From the NCBI GenBank assembly GCA_963555755.3, contig OY820905.2, positions 3,904,001 through 3,968,000 on the forward strand: 64,000 nucleotides of DNA, in the 5' to 3' direction. This DNA is from Nitrospirales bacterium. GTDB lineage: Bacteria; Nitrospirota; Nitrospiria; Nitrospirales; UBA8639. The notes under the pieces are model-generated. The model searched no databases. It had not been told where the DNA came from and saw only the letters and a program-made list of their open reading frames with translations. The position numbers and the translations under genes were made by a program. Of the stretch, positions 18,069 through 30,032 are shown one piece after another; position 1 is the stretch's first letter, and each line of letters opens with the position of its first letter.

Positions 18069-18158
18069 AAGTAATTCTGTCGCAAGTTGGCCGCACCAAC
18101 CTGGGTAAAACACTGGATGGGAAGATTATAGAGGAACGAATGGTAAAACAGGAAGGTA

Positions 18159-18413
18159 TTACGCGGAAGGGTACACGCTGATTTTTTTTCGGGCTTCATA
18201 GCCCTCAAACTTGACGATTCCGTGGGCTTTGGCAAACAGGGTGTGGTCTTTGCCCATTCCCACATTAAGCCCAGGGTGAAATTTGGTTCCACGTTGACGT
18301 ATTAAGATATTGCCAGCCTTGACTTGTTCGCCCGCGTATTTTTTAACGCCAAGATATTGAGGATTGCTATCTCGTCCGTTTCGTGATGATCCTCCGCCTT
18401 TTTTATGTGCCAT
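18159..18413 (-). CDS. rpmA: 50S ribosomal protein L27
   Basis: '[16 protein letters not shown]'. Confidence 0.99.
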   Translation of the reverse strand: MAHKKGGGSSRNGRDSNPQYLGVKKYAGEQVKAGNILIRQRGTKFHPGLNVGMGKDHTLFAKAHGIVKFEGYEARKKISVYPSA

Positions 18414-18437
18414 GGGGTCTCTTCAATCCTCTATTTG

Positions 18438-18752
18438 TCAGCTTACGATAATTTCTTCAATTCTGATTTGGGTGAAACCTTGGCGATGTCCTTTGGTGCG
18501 CCGATACCCTTTCCGCCGTTTCTTCTTAAATATTGTGATGGAGCGGGTTCTGCCATTTCTCACCACGGTGGCTTTGACATGGGCTTGGTCAACCTCAGGT
18601 TGTCCAAGGGTCGACCCATCATCCCCTGAAATAAACCGCACTGGTTTTAATTCAAGAGTTTGACCTTCTTCGGCATGAAGTAATTCAACTTCAAGCGTGG
18701 CCCCTGGCTCCACTCGATATTGCTTTCCACCTGTTTCTAAAATTGCATACAT
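18438..18752 (-). CDS. rplU: 50S ribosomal protein L21
   Basis: 'MYAILETGGKQYRV', 'GHRQ'. Confidence 0.98.
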   Translation of the reverse strand: MYAILETGGKQYRVEPGATLEVELLHAEEGQTLELKPVRFISGDDGSTLGQPEVDQAHVKATVVRNGRTRSITIFKKKRRKGYRRTKGHRQGFTQIRIEEIIVS

Positions 18753-18918
18753 AAATTTCCTCACCTCCCAAGCCGAACAAAAATATCATATAGGGTGAAA
18801 GGCTGTCAAGGAATCCAGGCTATTTGGGTTGCCAAAATCCTTGATGAACTGTTGAATTATTAAAAAATTCACAGTACCCAATCCATCTGACAGAACCCTT
18901 GAAACATCATAAGCAAAG

Positions 18919-19037
18919 GGCCTGTTCAAAAAGGCTCGTCCAGCAAGGCCGCAGGACCTTTGGCGCGCGCAGCCTACAGGAGTAGGTGAGCACGACTAAG
19001 GTCCGAGAACGCCGCTGGCGGCCTTTTTCAACAGGCC
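18919..19037 (+). repeat. ERIC-like element family I, copy 1
   Basis: TIR ggcctgttcaaaaagg/cctttttcaacaggcc around core cagcaaggccgcagg...agcctacaggagtaggtga...aacgccgctgg. Confidence 0.8.
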
Positions 19038-19127
19038 ACTTGATTGACAGGGTTTTGTTGCCTGGGCTATATACGACGAGGTTGCCACAAGCCTCCATCG
19101 TGATACACTAGAGAATAAGGGCACTAT

Positions 19128-20042
19128 ATGGTTACGACAAGTGACAAAATTTGGATGGACGGCCAATTTGTGAATTGGAATGAGGCGAATGTCCATGTCC
19201 TCACTCATGCCCTGCATTATGGGTTAGCGGCGTTTGAGGGCATTCGTTGTTATAAGGGCATAAAGGGGTCGGCCATCTTTCGTTTGAACGAGCACGTTGA
19301 CCGTCTGTTCGAGTCAGCCCACATCATGGCCATGAAAGTGCCCTATAATAAAAAAGAGGTGTTTGAGGCGATTATCGAAACCGTTCGCGTCAACCGGTTG
19401 GAGTCGTGCTATATCCGCCCTTTGCTCTACGTGGGTTATGGGGAAATGGGACTGTTCCCAGGAAACAATCCCATTAAATTAAGCATTGCGGCTTGGCCCT
19501 GGGGGACGTATTTGGGTGAGGATGCGTTGGAGCAGGGCATCCGGGCTAAGTTGTCATCCTTCACTCGCCACCATGTGAATGTGTCGATGACGCGTGCCAA
19601 GGTCTCAGGGTATTATGTGAATTCGATCCTGGCTAAATGTGAGGCGAAAAACTCAGGCTATGATGAGGCAATCCTTCTGGATCCCGAGGGATACGTCGCT
19701 GAGGGAACCGGGGAGAATATATTTATTGTAAAAAAAGGTGTGCTGAAAACAACTCCGTTGACCTCCATTCTCGAAGGTATCACCCGAGATGCCATTATGA
19801 AGCTGGCTCAGGAGCGAAAAATCCCCGTGGTCGAAGAACGATTCACTCGTGATGCCATGTACGTAGCAGATGAAGTGTTTTTAACAGGAACGGCTGCCGA
19901 GGTGACGCCAGTTCGGGAGATAGACGATCGGGCAGTTGGCGAAGGTACGCGCGGGCCAGTGACGACGCTTCTGCAAAAAGCGTTCTTCGATATTGTAAAA
20001 GGCGAAGATTCGACTCACCAAAATTGGTTGGCCCCGGTTTAG
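19128..20042 (+). CDS. ilvE: Branched-chain amino acid aminotransferase
   Basis: 'HALHYG..FEGIR', 'YIRPL', 'EGTGENIF', 'ILEGITR', 'GTAAEVTPV'. Confidence 0.97.
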   Translation: MVTTSDKIWMDGQFVNWNEANVHVLTHALHYGLAAFEGIRCYKGIKGSAIFRLNEHVDRLFESAHIMAMKVPYNKKEVFEAIIETVRVNRLESCYIRPLLYVGYGEMGLFPGNNPIKLSIAAWPWGTYLGEDALEQGIRAKLSSFTRHHVNVSMTRAKVSGYYVNSILAKCEAKNSGYDEAILLDPEGYVAEGTGENIFIVKKGVLKTTPLTSILEGITRDAIMKLAQERKIPVVEERFTRDAMYVADEVFLTGTAAEVTPVREIDDRAVGEGTRGPVTTLLQKAFFDIVKGEDSTHQNWLAPV

Positions 20043-20079
20043 CGTCAGGCCAACCCCTGTCTTTCGTTCCTTCCTTTAA

Positions 20080-20242
20080 CCTAGAAACAGCAGTTGGATC
20101 ACAAAAGTCCGCGCAAGCTCTTGGCGCACCTGATAAAATACAAAAATGTCTTATCACCACCGAGGTGACTACGACTTTTTGTATTTCACCATGCACACCA
20201 ATATCTTACACGGCTTTTTTGCGCCCAACTGCCGTTTCTAGG
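20080..20242 (+). mobile_element. MITE family C, copy 1 (163 bp)
   Basis: TIR cctagaaac.gcagttgg; 5-bp TSD TTTAA on both sides. Confidence 0.92.
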
Positions 20243-20306
20243 TTTAAGGCTATTCCGATTAACCCAACTTCCGTTCTTTCAACGGATGGCGGAAGAACCA
20301 TAGAGT

Positions 20307-20487
20307 AAATCCGAAACTCGAATTTCGAAATCCGAAACAATTTCAAATGACAAAATGACCAATACCCAAAACGTCTAAAACAGCCAGTACGCCCTTTTCG
20401 GTGCGATTCTGCAACATTGGGCAGGATGGGTTTGAAACATTTGAATTTCAGATTTGTTTCGGATTTCGATATTCGGATTTCGAGTTT
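20307..20487. repeat. Heptamer-periodic long hairpin, family F, copy 1
   Basis: (CGAAATC/CGAAACT)-like units at left and complementary (GATTTCG) units at right. Confidence 0.8.
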
Positions 20488-20527
20488 ATGGGACGATATG
20501 TGGAGTGAAAAGGATTACTTGGGCTGG

Positions 20528-20872
20528 TTATTCGGAACTCTCAGCCGGTTTTTCGGAGGAAGTTTCGGTGGTAGGGGGTGTCGAAGCTGGTGTAGGTATT
20601 GACTCACTCGAAGTGGATGGAACATCAATCACGGAGGAAGCATGTTCTTGTCTCGACAGCATGGCCAAAGTTAAGGATGTGAGCATAAAGACGATCGCCG
20701 CACCAACTGTGACTTTGCTGAGGAACGTGCCTGGCCCTCGACTTCCAAAGACCGTTTGACTTGATCCGCCAAACGCCGCGCCGATTTCGGCCCCTTTGCC
20801 GGCCTGAAGCAGGATGGAGACAATCATGAGAAAGCACACAAAGAGGTGAACGATGACGGCGAGAGTGTACAT
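20528..20872 (-). CDS. secG: Preprotein translocase subunit SecG
   Basis: 'ILLQAGKGAEIGAAFGGSSQTVFGS', two TM segments; follows tpiA. Confidence 0.96.
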   Translation of the reverse strand: MYTLAVIVHLFVCFLMIVSILLQAGKGAEIGAAFGGSSQTVFGSRGPGTFLSKVTVGAAIVFMLTSLTLAMLSRQEHASSVIDVPSTSSESIPTPASTPPTTETSSEKPAESSE

Positions 20873-20892
20873 GTTTTTAGATTCTTGAATGT

Positions 20893-21660
20893 TTAATGAG
20901 AAGCCTGATCTGCAAGACAACAAATACTAGCAAAGCTGGTAGGGTCAAGACAAGCTTTTCCTACTAATGCCCCATCGATGTCTGCACAGTGAAACAAGGC
21001 CTCGGCATTTTGGGGGGACACGCTTCCTCCATACACAATTCGAACATCTTGAGCGACTGGTCCCCATTCAGCCGTGACGATCGAGCGAAGAAAGGCATGA
21101 ATCTCTTCAGCTTGTTCGACCGTAGCGGCTCGTCCGGTTCCAATGGCCCAAATGGGTTCATAGGCGATCGTGATCGTGGAAATTTTTTCGGCATCAAGAC
21201 CCGAAAGCCCTTTGATCAACTGATCTTTGACGATAGCTTGCGTGTGTCCGGCTTCGCGTTCCTCTAAGGTTTCGCCAATGCACACAATAGGAAGCAATTG
21301 ATGCTCCAATGCGGCTTTCACTTTTTTATTCACTTCTTCGTTACTCTCTCTGAACAGTTGCCGCCGTTCAGAATGCCCAACTATCACAGAGGAGCAACCC
21401 AGGGCTTGTAACATCGCACCAGAGATTTCGCCTGTGAAGGCTCCCTCAGCTTCCCAATGGAGATTTTGTGCCGCCAGCGCAAACCGATCATCAGTCGTCA
21501 TAGCCTGTTGAACGGCATACAGGCTGATAAAAGGTGGAGCTAAGAGAATGTCGATGTTGGTTGAAGTCGGCACGACCTTTCGGAATTCATGCACAAACTC
21601 CACGGCTTCCGTCGCGGTCTTGTGCATTTTCCAATTACCGGCAATGAGGCGAGTTCTCAT
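20893..21660 (-). CDS. tpiA: Triosephosphate isomerase
   Basis: 'AGNWKM', 'GHSERR', 'AYEPIWAIGTG', 'YGGSV'. Confidence 0.98.
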   Translation of the reverse strand: MRTRLIAGNWKMHKTATEAVEFVHEFRKVVPTSTNIDILLAPPFISLYAVQQAMTTDDRFALAAQNLHWEAEGAFTGEISGAMLQALGCSSVIVGHSERRQLFRESNEEVNKKVKAALEHQLLPIVCIGETLEEREAGHTQAIVKDQLIKGLSGLDAEKISTITIAYEPIWAIGTGRAATVEQAEEIHAFLRSIVTAEWGPVAQDVRIVYGGSVSPQNAEALFHCADIDGALVGKACLDPTSFASICCLADQASH

Positions 21661-21753
21661 GGGTGTGTGAAATACGATCGAAAAAAATCAAGTCAGATTG
21701 GGGCTAAAGGAATTTTGGTACTCATAAGTTGAACGGATTTGTTTCTGTCGTAC

Positions 21754-22046
21754 ACTCGAAATCCGAATATCGAAATCCGAAAAAAATCCAAAACTCGAAT
21801 GATCCAAACGGAGAATTTGGGTTTATGCAGTCAAGTATTTTTTTATTTTCAATTTGGGGCACCTCTACAAACCGTCCTTTTCCGTGATGGCGGCGTCAGC
21901 CGCGTGCTCACATCCTCATGTATTCGCCCATACACTCCGGTTTTCCGCGCGCGGCTTCCTTGCCCTCACAAAAAATGCCTGGTTTGTAGAGGTGCCCTTT
22001 GGTCATTAATAGTTGTTTCGGATTTCGATATTCGAGTTTCGGATTT
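21754..22046. repeat. Family F copy 2, containing MITE B copy 1
   Basis: ctcgaaatccgaatatcgaaatccgaa ... ttcggatttcgatattcgagtttcggattt. Confidence 0.8.
21857..21997. mobile_element. MITE family B, copy 1 (141 bp)
   Basis: TIR gggcacctctacaaacc; 4-bp TSD TTTG; near-identical to 26248-26388. Confidence 0.9.
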
Positions 22047-22070
22047 GTTCAACGTATTTCTGCGCAGAAT

Positions 22071-23264
22071 CTAACGATTGGGCAGAGCGGCGAGGCCGGG
22101 CATTTCCCCCCTCTCAAGAAGTTGGAGTGCGGCACCGCCACCGGTAGAAATAAACGACATGCTGTCGGTTTCTCCTGCACGATGGACAGCTAAGGCGGTA
22201 TCGCCACCGCCGACGATCGTCAGGGCGTAGGCATTAGCTACAGCATGAGCCATGGCTTGGGTCCCGCGCGCAAAGGCATCTCGTTCAAACATGCCCATGG
22301 GGCCATTCCATAAAATCGTTTTGGCATTTTGAACGGCTTCAGAAAACAATTTCACCGAAGCCGGGCCGATATCCAATCCATACCATCCTTCCGGAATTTC
22401 CTGGGTCGTGACAATTTTGGTTTCCGCTCCCGGATCGAGACTGGCGGCGATTACGCAATCCACCGGCAGATAAAATTTTATCCCGCGATCTATGGCATGT
22501 TGTTGAATGCCTTTGGCAAAATCCAGCATGTTCTCTTCGACGAGAGATTGGCCGATTTCCATGCCCATGGCTTTGATAAAGGTGAAGGCCATCCCGCCAC
22601 CGATAATGACCTTGTCCACCTTTTTGCCTAAATTCTCAATGACACCAATTTTGCCGGAGACTTTGGCTCCTCCAAGAATTGCCACAAAGGGTCGTATGGG
22701 ATTTTCCACCGCACCTTCAAGGTATTCGACTTCCCGTTTCATCAAATAGCCGGCGGCGGAGGCCTTGATGAATTTTGTGATTCCGGCTATTGAGGCATGG
22801 GAACGATGGGCTGCGCCAAAAGCATCGTTGATATACACGTCACCCAGGGAAGCGAGCTCCGACGCAAACTGATCATCATTTTCTTCTTCTTCAGAATGGA
22901 ATCGAAGATTTTCAAGCAGAAGTACGTCGCCCGGCTTCAGTTGGCTCACAAGGTTTTTCACTTTTGAGCCAACGCAGTCCGGAGAAAAAATGACATCTTT
23001 TCCCATGAAACGTCTGAGACGTTTGGCCACTGGCGCGAGGCTCAATTCTGGACAGGGTTTCCCTTTTGGGCGTCCAAGGTGAGAGCAGAGGATGACGCTT
23101 CCACCTTCGTCTACGGTGTGGTTGATTGTCGGAAGAGCGGCGCGAATACGTGAATCATCCGTGATTTGCAGGGAGTCATCCAGTGGCACATTAAAATCCA
23201 CCCGAATGATGACACGCTTGCCGCGAAGGTCAATCTGATCAATGGTTTTTTTGGTGATACGCAC
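22071..23264 (-). CDS. pgk: Phosphoglycerate kinase
   Basis: 'RVDFNVP', 'SHLGRP', 'LLENLRF', 'WNGPMG', 'STGGGA'. Confidence 0.98.
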   Translation of the reverse strand: MRITKKTIDQIDLRGKRVIIRVDFNVPLDDSLQITDDSRIRAALPTINHTVDEGGSVILCSHLGRPKGKPCPELSLAPVAKRLRRFMGKDVIFSPDCVGSKVKNLVSQLKPGDVLLLENLRFHSEEEENDDQFASELASLGDVYINDAFGAAHRSHASIAGITKFIKASAAGYLMKREVEYLEGAVENPIRPFVAILGGAKVSGKIGVIENLGKKVDKVIIGGGMAFTFIKAMGMEIGQSLVEENMLDFAKGIQQHAIDRGIKFYLPVDCVIAASLDPGAETKIVTTQEIPEGWYGLDIGPASVKLFSEAVQNAKTILWNGPMGMFERDAFARGTQAMAHAVANAYALTIVGGGDTALAVHRAGETDSMSFISTGGGAALQLLERGEMPGLAALPNR

Positions 23265-23324
23265 GAGGAATCCTTTCTACCCTCATGGTTTCCTGCAAAC
23301 GAGGGGACAGAAAAGACTTACGTT

Positions 23325-24356
<1,032 letters not shown>

Positions 24357-24504
24357 TCAAATTCACGTGGAAAAAGACCCAGAACCCCATAGTACTTTTG
24401 GGGGGGTATTAAGTCAAGCAATTGACCACTTGAAGATTGTGTGGGTAGCAGAGAAATGAAACTGAAGAGGATGGAACAGAATGTAACGTAAGAGGCATCG
24501 TTCC

Positions 24505-25485
24505 CTAGATCTTCATCGCATCCTTTACTTCGGCCAGGGTTTGGCGGGAGACCTCAGTGGCACGCTGGCATCCGCTCTGAACCACGTCTTCCAGCCGTTT
24601 TGGGTTGGCTTCGAGGGTTTTTCGGGATTCCCAAATGGGCGCCAGCCGTTCAACCATGGAGTCGGCCACAAATGTTTTGCAGTCGATGCAGCCGATTTCA
24701 GCAGTCCGGCATTCTTTGTTCACTTGGTCGAGGATTGCGGTGGTAGAGTAGATTTTGTGGAAATCATACACCGGGCAGATTTCAGGGTTCCCCGGATCCT
24801 TCCTCCTTACCCTAGCCGGGTCCGTGACCATGGTTTTGAGTTTTTGGCGAACCTCCGGTTCCGAATCTGAGAGGTTGATAGTATTCCCATAGCTCTTGCT
24901 CATTTTCCGACCGTCGGTTCCGATCACTTTGGGAAATTTCGTTAACAATTCTTTTGGTTCGACTAGTACCGGGGAATAGAGACTATTAAATCGTCTGGCT
25001 ATTTCCCGGGTGAGTTCGAGATGAGGCAGTTGGTCCTTGCCAATAGGCACCGCGTCGGCTTTATACAACAAAATATCAGCAGCCTGAAGAACGGGGTATC
25101 CCAAAAAACCATGCGTGGACAGGTCGCGGCCTTCGATGTGTTCTTGTTTTTCCTTGTAGGTGGGATTTCTCTCAAGCCAGGGTACAGGGGTGATCATCGA
25201 GAGCAGCAAATTCAAAATAGCGTGCTCGGGGACATGAGACTGGATGAACACCGTGGCACGTTCAGGATCAATGCCGGTAGCCAGCCAGTCAATCAACAGT
25301 TCATGAATGAAGGCTTGGAGTTGGCTGGTATCCTCATAATTTGTGGATAAGGCATGCCAGTCCGCGACAAAAAAGAAGCATTCATTGTCTTCCTGAAGCT
25401 TTCTCCAATTGTCAAGAGCCCCTAACAGATTGCCAAGATGCAGCCGCCCGCTGGGCTGCATGCCACTTAATACGCGTTGTGGCAA
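24505..25485 (-). CDS. trpS: Tryptophan--tRNA ligase
   Basis: 'SGMQPSGRLHLGN', 'YPVLQAADIL', 'KMSKS'. Confidence 0.98.
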   Translation of the reverse strand: MPQRVLSGMQPSGRLHLGNLLGALDNWRKLQEDNECFFFVADWHALSTNYEDTSQLQAFIHELLIDWLATGIDPERATVFIQSHVPEHAILNLLLSMITPVPWLERNPTYKEKQEHIEGRDLSTHGFLGYPVLQAADILLYKADAVPIGKDQLPHLELTREIARRFNSLYSPVLVEPKELLTKFPKVIGTDGRKMSKSYGNTINLSDSEPEVRQKLKTMVTDPARVRRKDPGNPEICPVYDFHKIYSTTAILDQVNKECRTAEIGCIDCKTFVADSMVERLAPIWESRKTLEANPKRLEDVVQSGCQRATEVSRQTLAEVKDAMKI

Positions 25486-25509
25486 CGTTCTCTCCTTATT
25501 CGTAAAAGA

Positions 25510-26217
25510 TCAGGACGACAAGAGCTCACTGGGGAGAATGGTCGCCGTTAAGATTTGAAACACCGTCATGAGTATCGTTCGGATAAAATGGTGGTAAGAG
25601 TCCGTCATGATCAACCCAATGAAAATTAACATGCCGTAAGGTTCCAGGCGTCGAAGGTGCAAGGCAGATTGAGGTGGCAGAAGGCTTACCAGGATTCGCC
25701 CGCCATCCAGAGGAGGAATGGGTATCAAATTGATGACCATTAAAATGGTGTTAATCAAGATTGAAAATTGCGCCATCGCTGCTATGGGCAGCAGGATGGT
25801 ATGAGCGAGACTGGTCTGGGATTCCCCTTCGGCTTGAGATGGGTCAAAGGATAGGATGAGGCTTAACACAATGGCGCTGACGATGAGAAGGAATAAGTTC
25901 ATGGCAGGGCCAGCGGCTGCCACGAAAGCCATGTCCCTTCGAGGGTTGTGTAAATTGGCAGAATTGATAGGGACTGGCTTTGCCCATCCCACGAGAAAAC
26001 TTCCCGGAGCCAATAGGCACAACACGGGGACAATGATGGTTCCCAAGAGGTCGATATGCGGGAGAGGATTCAGGGTTAAGCGCCCCAGATCTTTGGCCGT
26101 GGAGTCCCCAAAGAAATTTGCCACCCATCCGTGCGCATACTCGTGGAAGACGATGGCCAAGAGTAAAGGCAACGCCATATAGGAAATGGTGGAAAGAATT
26201 TGGCTTAGGGAATTCAT
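25510..26217 (-). CDS. Site-2 protease family (M50) protein
   Basis: 'HEYAHG', 'AGPAMN', 'NLIPIPPLDGG'. Confidence 0.93.
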   Translation of the reverse strand: MNSLSQILSTISYMALPLLLAIVFHEYAHGWVANFFGDSTAKDLGRLTLNPLPHIDLLGTIIVPVLCLLAPGSFLVGWAKPVPINSANLHNPRRDMAFVAAAGPAMNLFLLIVSAIVLSLILSFDPSQAEGESQTSLAHTILLPIAAMAQFSILINTILMVINLIPIPPLDGGRILVSLLPPQSALHLRRLEPYGMLIFIGLIMTDSYHHFIRTILMTVFQILTATILPSELLSS

Positions 26218-26247
26218 GAAGGTACTGTGACAATGGAAATAAATCTA

Positions 26248-26388
26248 GGGCACCTCTAAAAACCGTCCTTTTCTGTGATGGCGGCGTCAGCCGCGTGCTC
26301 ACATCCTCATGTATTCGCCCATACACTCCGGTTTTCCGCGCGCGGCTTCCTTGCCCTCACAAAAAATGCCTGGTTTTTAGAGGTGCCC
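26248..26388. mobile_element. MITE family B, copy 2 (141 bp)
   Basis: TIR gggcacctctaaaaacc; 4-bp TSD TCTA. Confidence 0.9.
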
Positions 26389-26434
26389 TCTAGGCTTGAG
26401 AAGCTACACAAAAATGAACATGTGGGTCATCAAC

Positions 26435-28426
26435 CTAATTAATTTGCACAAACCGACCGTTCGCGACCTGAATCATATACACTTTGCGATCGAGAACGCC
26501 ACCTTCTCCAAATGACGCGAGCCCTCCCAGTGTCGGAAGGTCGTGCCGAATGAATAGCTGGTCACGGACTTCTTGCCCGGTGGTGGCCCCATGGCTGATG
26601 GTATCCAGGATTATCCGCATGGCGTCATACGCTTGGGCCGCGAAGATGGATGGATCAAGATGAAATTGCTCTCGATACTTCCGAATAAACTCCTGAACTT
26701 CAGAGTCCGTGCTTTGGAGGAATAGCACATCGCCAAAGGTCCCACCATTTAGCGTGCTCCGTCCCCACTTGAGCAAATCGGGATGATTCCAGGTGTTGTT
26801 GCCCAATAAGGGCACCTTCACATCGTAGAAGGCAAGTTGGGCGGAAAGGAAGGCCACATCAATAGGAGTGCCCGGCAGGAAGAGCGCATCAAACCCTGGG
26901 GTATAGACCAACAGTTCTTTCTCTTCTTTTTGTGGCTCTTCGGTTGGTTGTTCTTCGGTTTTTTCGGTTTCATAGGGGAGCATCTCGCCGTAGAGGCTAA
27001 GGTCCTTATCTTTTATCCGTAGAATTTGGGCCGAGGTATCGGTTGTTCCACGCTGATACGATTCCGCCGCAATGATTTCGCCTCCATTTTGGATGACGGT
27101 TTCCTGAAAGTGTTGGGCTAATTGTTTGCCATATCGGGAATCGGGGGAGAGCACGCAAAATCGAGTATAGCCAAGCGTTTGCATGGCATGTTCGATCAAT
27201 TTGTTGACTTGCAAGTGTGTCGTCAACGCGGTACTGAACCAAAACCGTCCAAATTGTTTGACATCGGACAGGCTGGCTGTGGGTGTGATAAACGGCGTTT
27301 CCGTCCAGTCGGGAAGATCCGCGACGTGTTGCACTTGCCGAGCCAGCAGCGGACCGATTAACGCAATCGGTACAAACTCCTTGAGGACCTTTTCGAATTC
27401 ATGATGCAACTGGGCGGGAGGCAGGGCGCTGTCTTTGACCACGATACCCACGGTATTCGATCCGAGCTGAGCCCGCCCCTCTTGCAGGGCAAGCCGAATG
27501 CCGTTGAGCGCATCGGTTCCAAAGAGTTTCATCTTTCCCGAGAACGGAAGGACTGCTGCGATGACATATCGATGGGCTTTAATCTTCAAGATAAACGATT
27601 GCATGAGTGCGACAGCCGTTTGCGCGTAGGGATGATGAGGAAACCGATGGAGAAACGCCCGAATGTCTCTCTCAGCCAACACTTCATCACCTAGGGCGGT
27701 GTGAAGCTCGATCAAACGAATCAGGGCCAAGTCGCCTGGAAAGGTGGTGGGGAAGGTCTCCAATAAATCTCCAAGCGCCCGTTCAGACATTTTTTGTAAA
27801 ATCAGACTTTTGATATAATCCAATAACTCTCCGCGCTCGTCCTCCCTGGTTGTATTCAGTTGCTTCATGGCCATGTGAACGGCCTTGGTATGCTCGCCCT
27901 TGAGTTCGTAGGCCTGGTGAAGGAGGTGCAGGCCTTTCGTTTGAGTTGAGGGGTTGGATGATCGATTCAGGGCTTTGGTCAGCACGGTGATGGCTCGGTG
28001 AGCCAGTTTGGATTCGATATACATCGTGCCGAGCAACAGTCGGGCCTCGTCTGTGCGAGAAGAGATCGGGTATTCTTCCAGAAATTGTTCTAAAATAATG
28101 ATAGCCTGTTTGGTCTCCCCTTTGGCCTGAAGCGCTCGGGCGTGGAGAAATGTGAAAGCGTCGGTTCGGGAAGAGGTGGATCCAGACTCGATAAAGTTCT
28201 CAAGCATGATCAAGGCCTGGTCAGTCTGCCCCCGTTCCAGAAGGGATTGAATGTGATTCATACGTTCATCTGCGGCGGCAATCAGCGGGTCGATATCTTC
28301 CAAAGGAGGGTCGTGTAATTGGCCGACGGCATGTTGAGGAAGGACAACGGTCATGCAGACGAACCATACAAGACAGGCGAATCCCGTGAAGATTCTGGGG
28401 CGAGAGAATTGTTGGCTATGAGGCAT
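26435..28426 (-). CDS. TPR + periplasmic-binding-fold protein (LpoA/LppC-like)
   Basis: Signal/TM segment, TPR-like helices, then 'AVLPFSG', 'IGPLL', 'AAQAYDA' type I PBP fold. Confidence 0.75.
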   Translation of the reverse strand: MPHSQQFSRPRIFTGFACLVWFVCMTVVLPQHAVGQLHDPPLEDIDPLIAAADERMNHIQSLLERGQTDQALIMLENFIESGSTSSRTDAFTFLHARALQAKGETKQAIIILEQFLEEYPISSRTDEARLLLGTMYIESKLAHRAITVLTKALNRSSNPSTQTKGLHLLHQAYELKGEHTKAVHMAMKQLNTTREDERGELLDYIKSLILQKMSERALGDLLETFPTTFPGDLALIRLIELHTALGDEVLAERDIRAFLHRFPHHPYAQTAVALMQSFILKIKAHRYVIAAVLPFSGKMKLFGTDALNGIRLALQEGRAQLGSNTVGIVVKDSALPPAQLHHEFEKVLKEFVPIALIGPLLARQVQHVADLPDWTETPFITPTASLSDVKQFGRFWFSTALTTHLQVNKLIEHAMQTLGYTRFCVLSPDSRYGKQLAQHFQETVIQNGGEIIAAESYQRGTTDTSAQILRIKDKDLSLYGEMLPYETEKTEEQPTEEPQKEEKELLVYTPGFDALFLPGTPIDVAFLSAQLAFYDVKVPLLGNNTWNHPDLLKWGRSTLNGGTFGDVLFLQSTDSEVQEFIRKYREQFHLDPSIFAAQAYDAMRIILDTISHGATTGQEVRDQLFIRHDLPTLGGLASFGEGGVLDRKVYMIQVANGRFVQIN

Positions 28427-28458
28427 CGTGGGGATTTTTCGGACGTATTTTTTCCTAA

Positions 28459-28606
28459 GGGTTCGCGCAAGGATAATTTCCCATGTTTGGGCGTCGATTC
28501 ATCCTGTCTGGCGGCGTTGCTCGTCCGAGGAGTATGCGCAGTCCTCGCGCCTTGCCAGATAGGTGTCTCAACAACCAAACATGGGAAATTCTCCTTGCGC
28601 GAATCC
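28459..28606 (-). mobile_element. MITE family A, copy 2 (small internal deletion)
   Basis: Reverse copy of the family A core, flanked TAA/TCA, in the divergent promoter region before xerD. Confidence 0.85.
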
Positions 28607-28742
28607 TCACTTCGTATATACGGCCAGCCTCCTCTACTGTCAAGAAAACTCTTTGGGCGTGGGGATTCCTCAATAAAGGTTGAGAAAAATGAAAGGGTAT
28701 GATCCTCCACAAAGACAAGGTCAAGCGAGCAAAGGACTGAGC

Positions 28743-29690
28743 GTGATGAAGGAACAGGTAGGAGCAGGAAGCGAACTCGATCACCTTCTGAATCACTATA
28801 CCACGATTCTGCGGGCGGAACGTGGTTTGGCCAACAATACCCTGGATGCGTATCGCCGAGATCTCGCGAAGTTTAAAGGTTACTGTGCCAAGAAGAGCCT
28901 TCTCGGCCCCACGGATTTGACGAATCATACGGTGTTGGGGTTCCTCCAATTCCTCCGGGAGCAGGGCCTTTCCTCGACTTCCGTCGCGCGTTGCATGGCC
29001 GCCATTCGAGGCTTTTGTCGGTTTTTGACTACCGAAAAGGGACTGCCTGACGTATTGGCTCAGATTCCGCGTTCTTCCAAGCAATGGCTGAAATTACCCA
29101 AAACACTGACGGAAACTGAAATTACCCACTTGCTCGAGTTGCCCTCCAGGGAGGGTCCCGAGGAAGTACGGGATGCCGCGATGGTCGAATTGTTGTATGC
29201 CACCGGCCTGCGCGTGTCTGAGTTGATCAGCGTGGATCTCTCACAGGTCAATTTGGAGGTGGGCTATGTATTGGCAACCGGCAAACGGGACAAACAACGA
29301 ATGGTGCCCATGGGCGAAATTGCCCGAAAGAAAATTGAGCTCTACTGCCAAGAAGCCAGATCGGTTCTGCTCAAACATCACAACTCATCGGCCTTGTTTG
29401 TGACTCGTCGGGGACAACCAATGACGCGACAGAGTTTTTGGAACATTCTTCGGGCGCGAGCGGTACGTGCTGGCATCGTCAAACGAATTTTTCCTCATAT
29501 GCTTCGGCACTCGTTCGCCACCCACCTCCTGGATCACGGGGCTGACTTGCGTGCGGTCCAAATGATGCTCGGCCATGCCGACATTGCCACCACGCAAATT
29601 TATACTCATGTGGAGCAGCGCCGCCTCAAGGATGTTCATACGAAGCATTTCCCCAGGACCCAACGCCGTCGATCAAGTGGAAAGGCCTGA
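28743..29690 (+). CDS. xerD: Tyrosine recombinase XerD
   Basis: '[16 protein letters not shown]', '[11 protein letters not shown]', '[39 protein letters not shown]'. Start uncertain (28680-28746). Confidence 0.93.
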   Translation: MMKEQVGAGSELDHLLNHYTTILRAERGLANNTLDAYRRDLAKFKGYCAKKSLLGPTDLTNHTVLGFLQFLREQGLSSTSVARCMAAIRGFCRFLTTEKGLPDVLAQIPRSSKQWLKLPKTLTETEITHLLELPSREGPEEVRDAAMVELLYATGLRVSELISVDLSQVNLEVGYVLATGKRDKQRMVPMGEIARKKIELYCQEARSVLLKHHNSSALFVTRRGQPMTRQSFWNILRARAVRAGIVKRIFPHMLRHSFATHLLDHGADLRAVQMMLGHADIATTQIYTHVEQRRLKDVHTKHFPRTQRRRSSGKA

Positions 29691-29879
29691 AATCGTGATC
29701 CGTCATCTGTGATGCGTGATCCGTAAAGAACAAAGTTGTTTCCCCTTCCCGTGCTTCACTAATCACTACGCTGGGTTTTTCTTTAAGAATTTATATTGCA
29801 GGGTTTCGTCCCCGCGCGACGAGGCACTGTTGTTTCGGCAAAAGGACCCAAAACCATGTTTGCCCGTGCGCGGCCCTAC

Positions 29880-30002
29880 AGAGAATGATCAAAACGTCTG
29901 TCAGCAAGGCCGCAGGCGCTTTGGCGCGCGCAGCGTACGTGGTAGTACGTGAGCACTGCAAAGGGTCGAAAACGCCGCTGACGGACGTTTTGATCATTCT
30001 CT
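29880..30002 (+). repeat. ERIC-like element family I, copy 2
   Basis: Same core as 18919-19037 but TIR agagaatgatcaaaacgtc/gacgttttgatcattctct. Confidence 0.85.
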
Positions 30003-30032
30003 TCCGGGTGCCTCCGCCTCCGTCCCGAATCA

